A DNA stretch of 64,000 nucleotides. Origin: Malacoraja senta. Lineage: Eukaryota. Position numbers and translations under genes: made by a program. Below the pieces are notes generated by a model. The model searched no databases. It was not told where the DNA came from and worked only from the letters and a program-made list of their open reading frames with translations. The DNA is taken from assembly GCA_038087875.1 (NCBI GenBank), contig CM075988.1, forward strand, positions 9,054,001-9,118,000, in the 5' to 3' direction. Numbering within the stretch: position 1 is the first letter of the stretch; each line of letters begins with the position of its first letter. Below are positions 62,046 to 64,000 of the stretch, piece by piece.

Positions 62046-62204
62046 GTACTGTAGGAGCTCATCCTCCCCTGTGGCTGCACCTGCAGTCATCATGACTTTC
62101 TCTAATTCATTCCCTCTTCTCATCTGACTTTCACCTCTCCCTGTTCCTTGAAAATTGTCTCTGCATCCCAATGGAAATGCAAAGTAAACACAAACATAAG
62201 AGGG

Positions 62205-62402
62205 GTTTGATCTTCTGAATCAGCCTACCATGTGGGGCTTCATCAAATGCCTCACTGAAATCAATGTAGATAATGTCCACTGCCCTACCTTCATCAATCA
62301 CCTTTGTCACCTCCTCAAAAAACTCAATCAGTAAGGCATACCCTGCCTTGGACAAAGCCATGCTGACTATCCCCAATTAGCCAATTCTCTTCCAAATGCC
62401 AG
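62205..62402 (-). mobile_element. CR1 LINE RT fragment
   Basis: LIEFFEEVTKVIDEGRAVDIIY.DFS.AFD..PHGRL (62131..62376). Confidence 0.85.
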
Positions 62403-63049
62403 TAAAATGATTTATTGTGTAGGTAAGTGTTGGGTGGAGTTGACAGGCATGTCTGAGAGAATAGATCACGGGGAACTATGGAAGGGAATGGGATTGATGG
62501 GATTGTTCTGAGAACCAGAACATACTCAATGGGCCAAATGGCCTCCTTCTAAGATATAGGAAAAGCAATCTACCATTGGATATGTTATAAGAAAATTGAC
62601 CTTAATGGACTATGCCATAAATGAATTTAAAACTATGTTGACATTATAATGTCAGAACACTATAAGATGATGTACTGACAAACATTAATATTTCAACAGT
62701 GGGTTTCCCTTGATGGATTTTCCAATTTAAAAGCCATTGTAAAGAACATAAAATTGAGTTACTGTCCCAAAGATTATTCATTATTGAGAAATGATGGCAC
62801 AACTCTGTTTGTGTCACAGGGTTGAATGACATCGATTGAAAATAAGATTGAAATTTGTCAGTGGGTCTATTATTTGTCCCAGTTAGAATGGGTTGGACAT
62901 TTTCAACCTATTCTCAATAAAATTCTCAATTAGGACGCAAAGAAGAAAATCATTGCACTTTAAAATTCATTAGCGTTTAATCCAGTACACATTTCCGCTG
63001 GCTGGGCAAAACGCTGCTGATGAAGTCAATAGGTGATGTGCTCCTGAAT

Positions 63050-63415
63050 GTTCACAAGTTCACCAGTTATAGGACTAGAATTAGACCATTCGGCCCATCA
63101 AGTCTACCGCCATTAAATCATGGCGGATCTATCTCACCCTCCTAACTCCATTCTCCTGCCTACTCCCCATAACCCTTGACATCCATTCTAATCAAGAATT
63201 TGTCTATCTCTACCATAAAAATATCCACTGACGGCTTCCACAGCCCTCTGTGGCAATGAGTTCCACAGATTAACTATCCTCTGACTAAAGAAGCTCCTCT
63301 TCACCTCCTTTCTAAAAGTGCGCCCTTTAATTCTTAGGCTATGACCTCTGGTCCTTGACTCTCCCACCAGTGGAAACATCCTTTCCACATCCACTCGATC
63401 TATGCCTTTCATTAT
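63050..63415 (-). mobile_element. CR1 LINE 3' fragment
   Basis: MKGIDRVDVERMFPLVGESRTRGHSLRIKG...FFSQR.VNLWNSLP (63188..63412). Confidence 0.88.
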
Positions 63416-64000
63416 TATGTTGCAGGCAACAGAAGTAGTTCACATGGTAACTTCAGTCAGATGTTGTGTCCAATCCCTGGTGTAAGTCGCCAGGACCTAT
63501 TTCTGAATTTAGCTTTTTTTACCCTTAGCAACACTAACCTAATTGCCAGTTGCTAAGCAAGATGTGCATGACAGAATGCTCTTTCAAAAGCGAGGTGCTC
63601 TGCCTGAAAAGGTAAAATGTTTGCCAGGTCACAGATGCATCTATCAAGATGACAGTGTCTGCCTTCTAAATGATTTCTCATTTCTCTTTCTTTAGCTCAA
63701 TTACCAGAATTGTCCAGGAGAATTGAAAGAAAAATAAAAACGGATTGGTTCATGTTATTTGTCATTCCAAATTTGGCAATTGTGGCTCTGATCGGTAGTT
63801 ATTAGGGGTTCAAGAAAAGTCCTTGGATTGTCTCAGAAAGAGGTCATTCAATACTCTCTGTTCCATAAGAACTTCTTGGTTTTCTGCTCATGTCCTGATT
63901 TTTGATCTCAACAAATCCTTTGTCAAATTGGCTTTTGACATCAGCTTTGAGTTTTGCATAACAATCATATTGACTGAGTCCAACACTGCCTCTATCTATG

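Overview
Repeat-rich eukaryotic DNA. The repeats (HE1-type V-SINEs, CR1/HER1-type LINEs, Penelope-like termini) point to a cartilaginous fish, probably a skate or ray (inference). The only host gene I can support is a + strand neurogranin-like IQ-motif gene. It has a 15-nt coding exon 1 (MDCCS, 43684-43698), an ~18 kb intron, and exon 2 (61703-~62045) encoding the neurogranin DIPLDD/IQ core plus a GAP43-like acidic tail. Upstream are two divergent DIRS1-type tyrosine-recombinase retrotransposons. One is near-complete but disrupted (33335-38378: gag, RT, RNase H, Dam-like methyltransferase, YR, inverted termini and ICR). The other is decayed and lacks the YR (25575-29515). Both are bounded by an ATT core and share conserved, co-varying secondary structure around the ICR. 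Two non-autonomous Helitrons (8604-9848, 16389-18045) carry minisatellites and a Pol II promoter-like cassette. Penelope-derived terminal repeats with minimal hammerhead-like motifs are abundant. The intron holds a complex A-B-A-X-B duplication, and bases 1-491 duplicate 33010-33500 beside a 200-N gap. Most ORFs in the supplied track are spurious or TE-derived. All alignments were read by eye; coordinates of old TE fragments are approximate.
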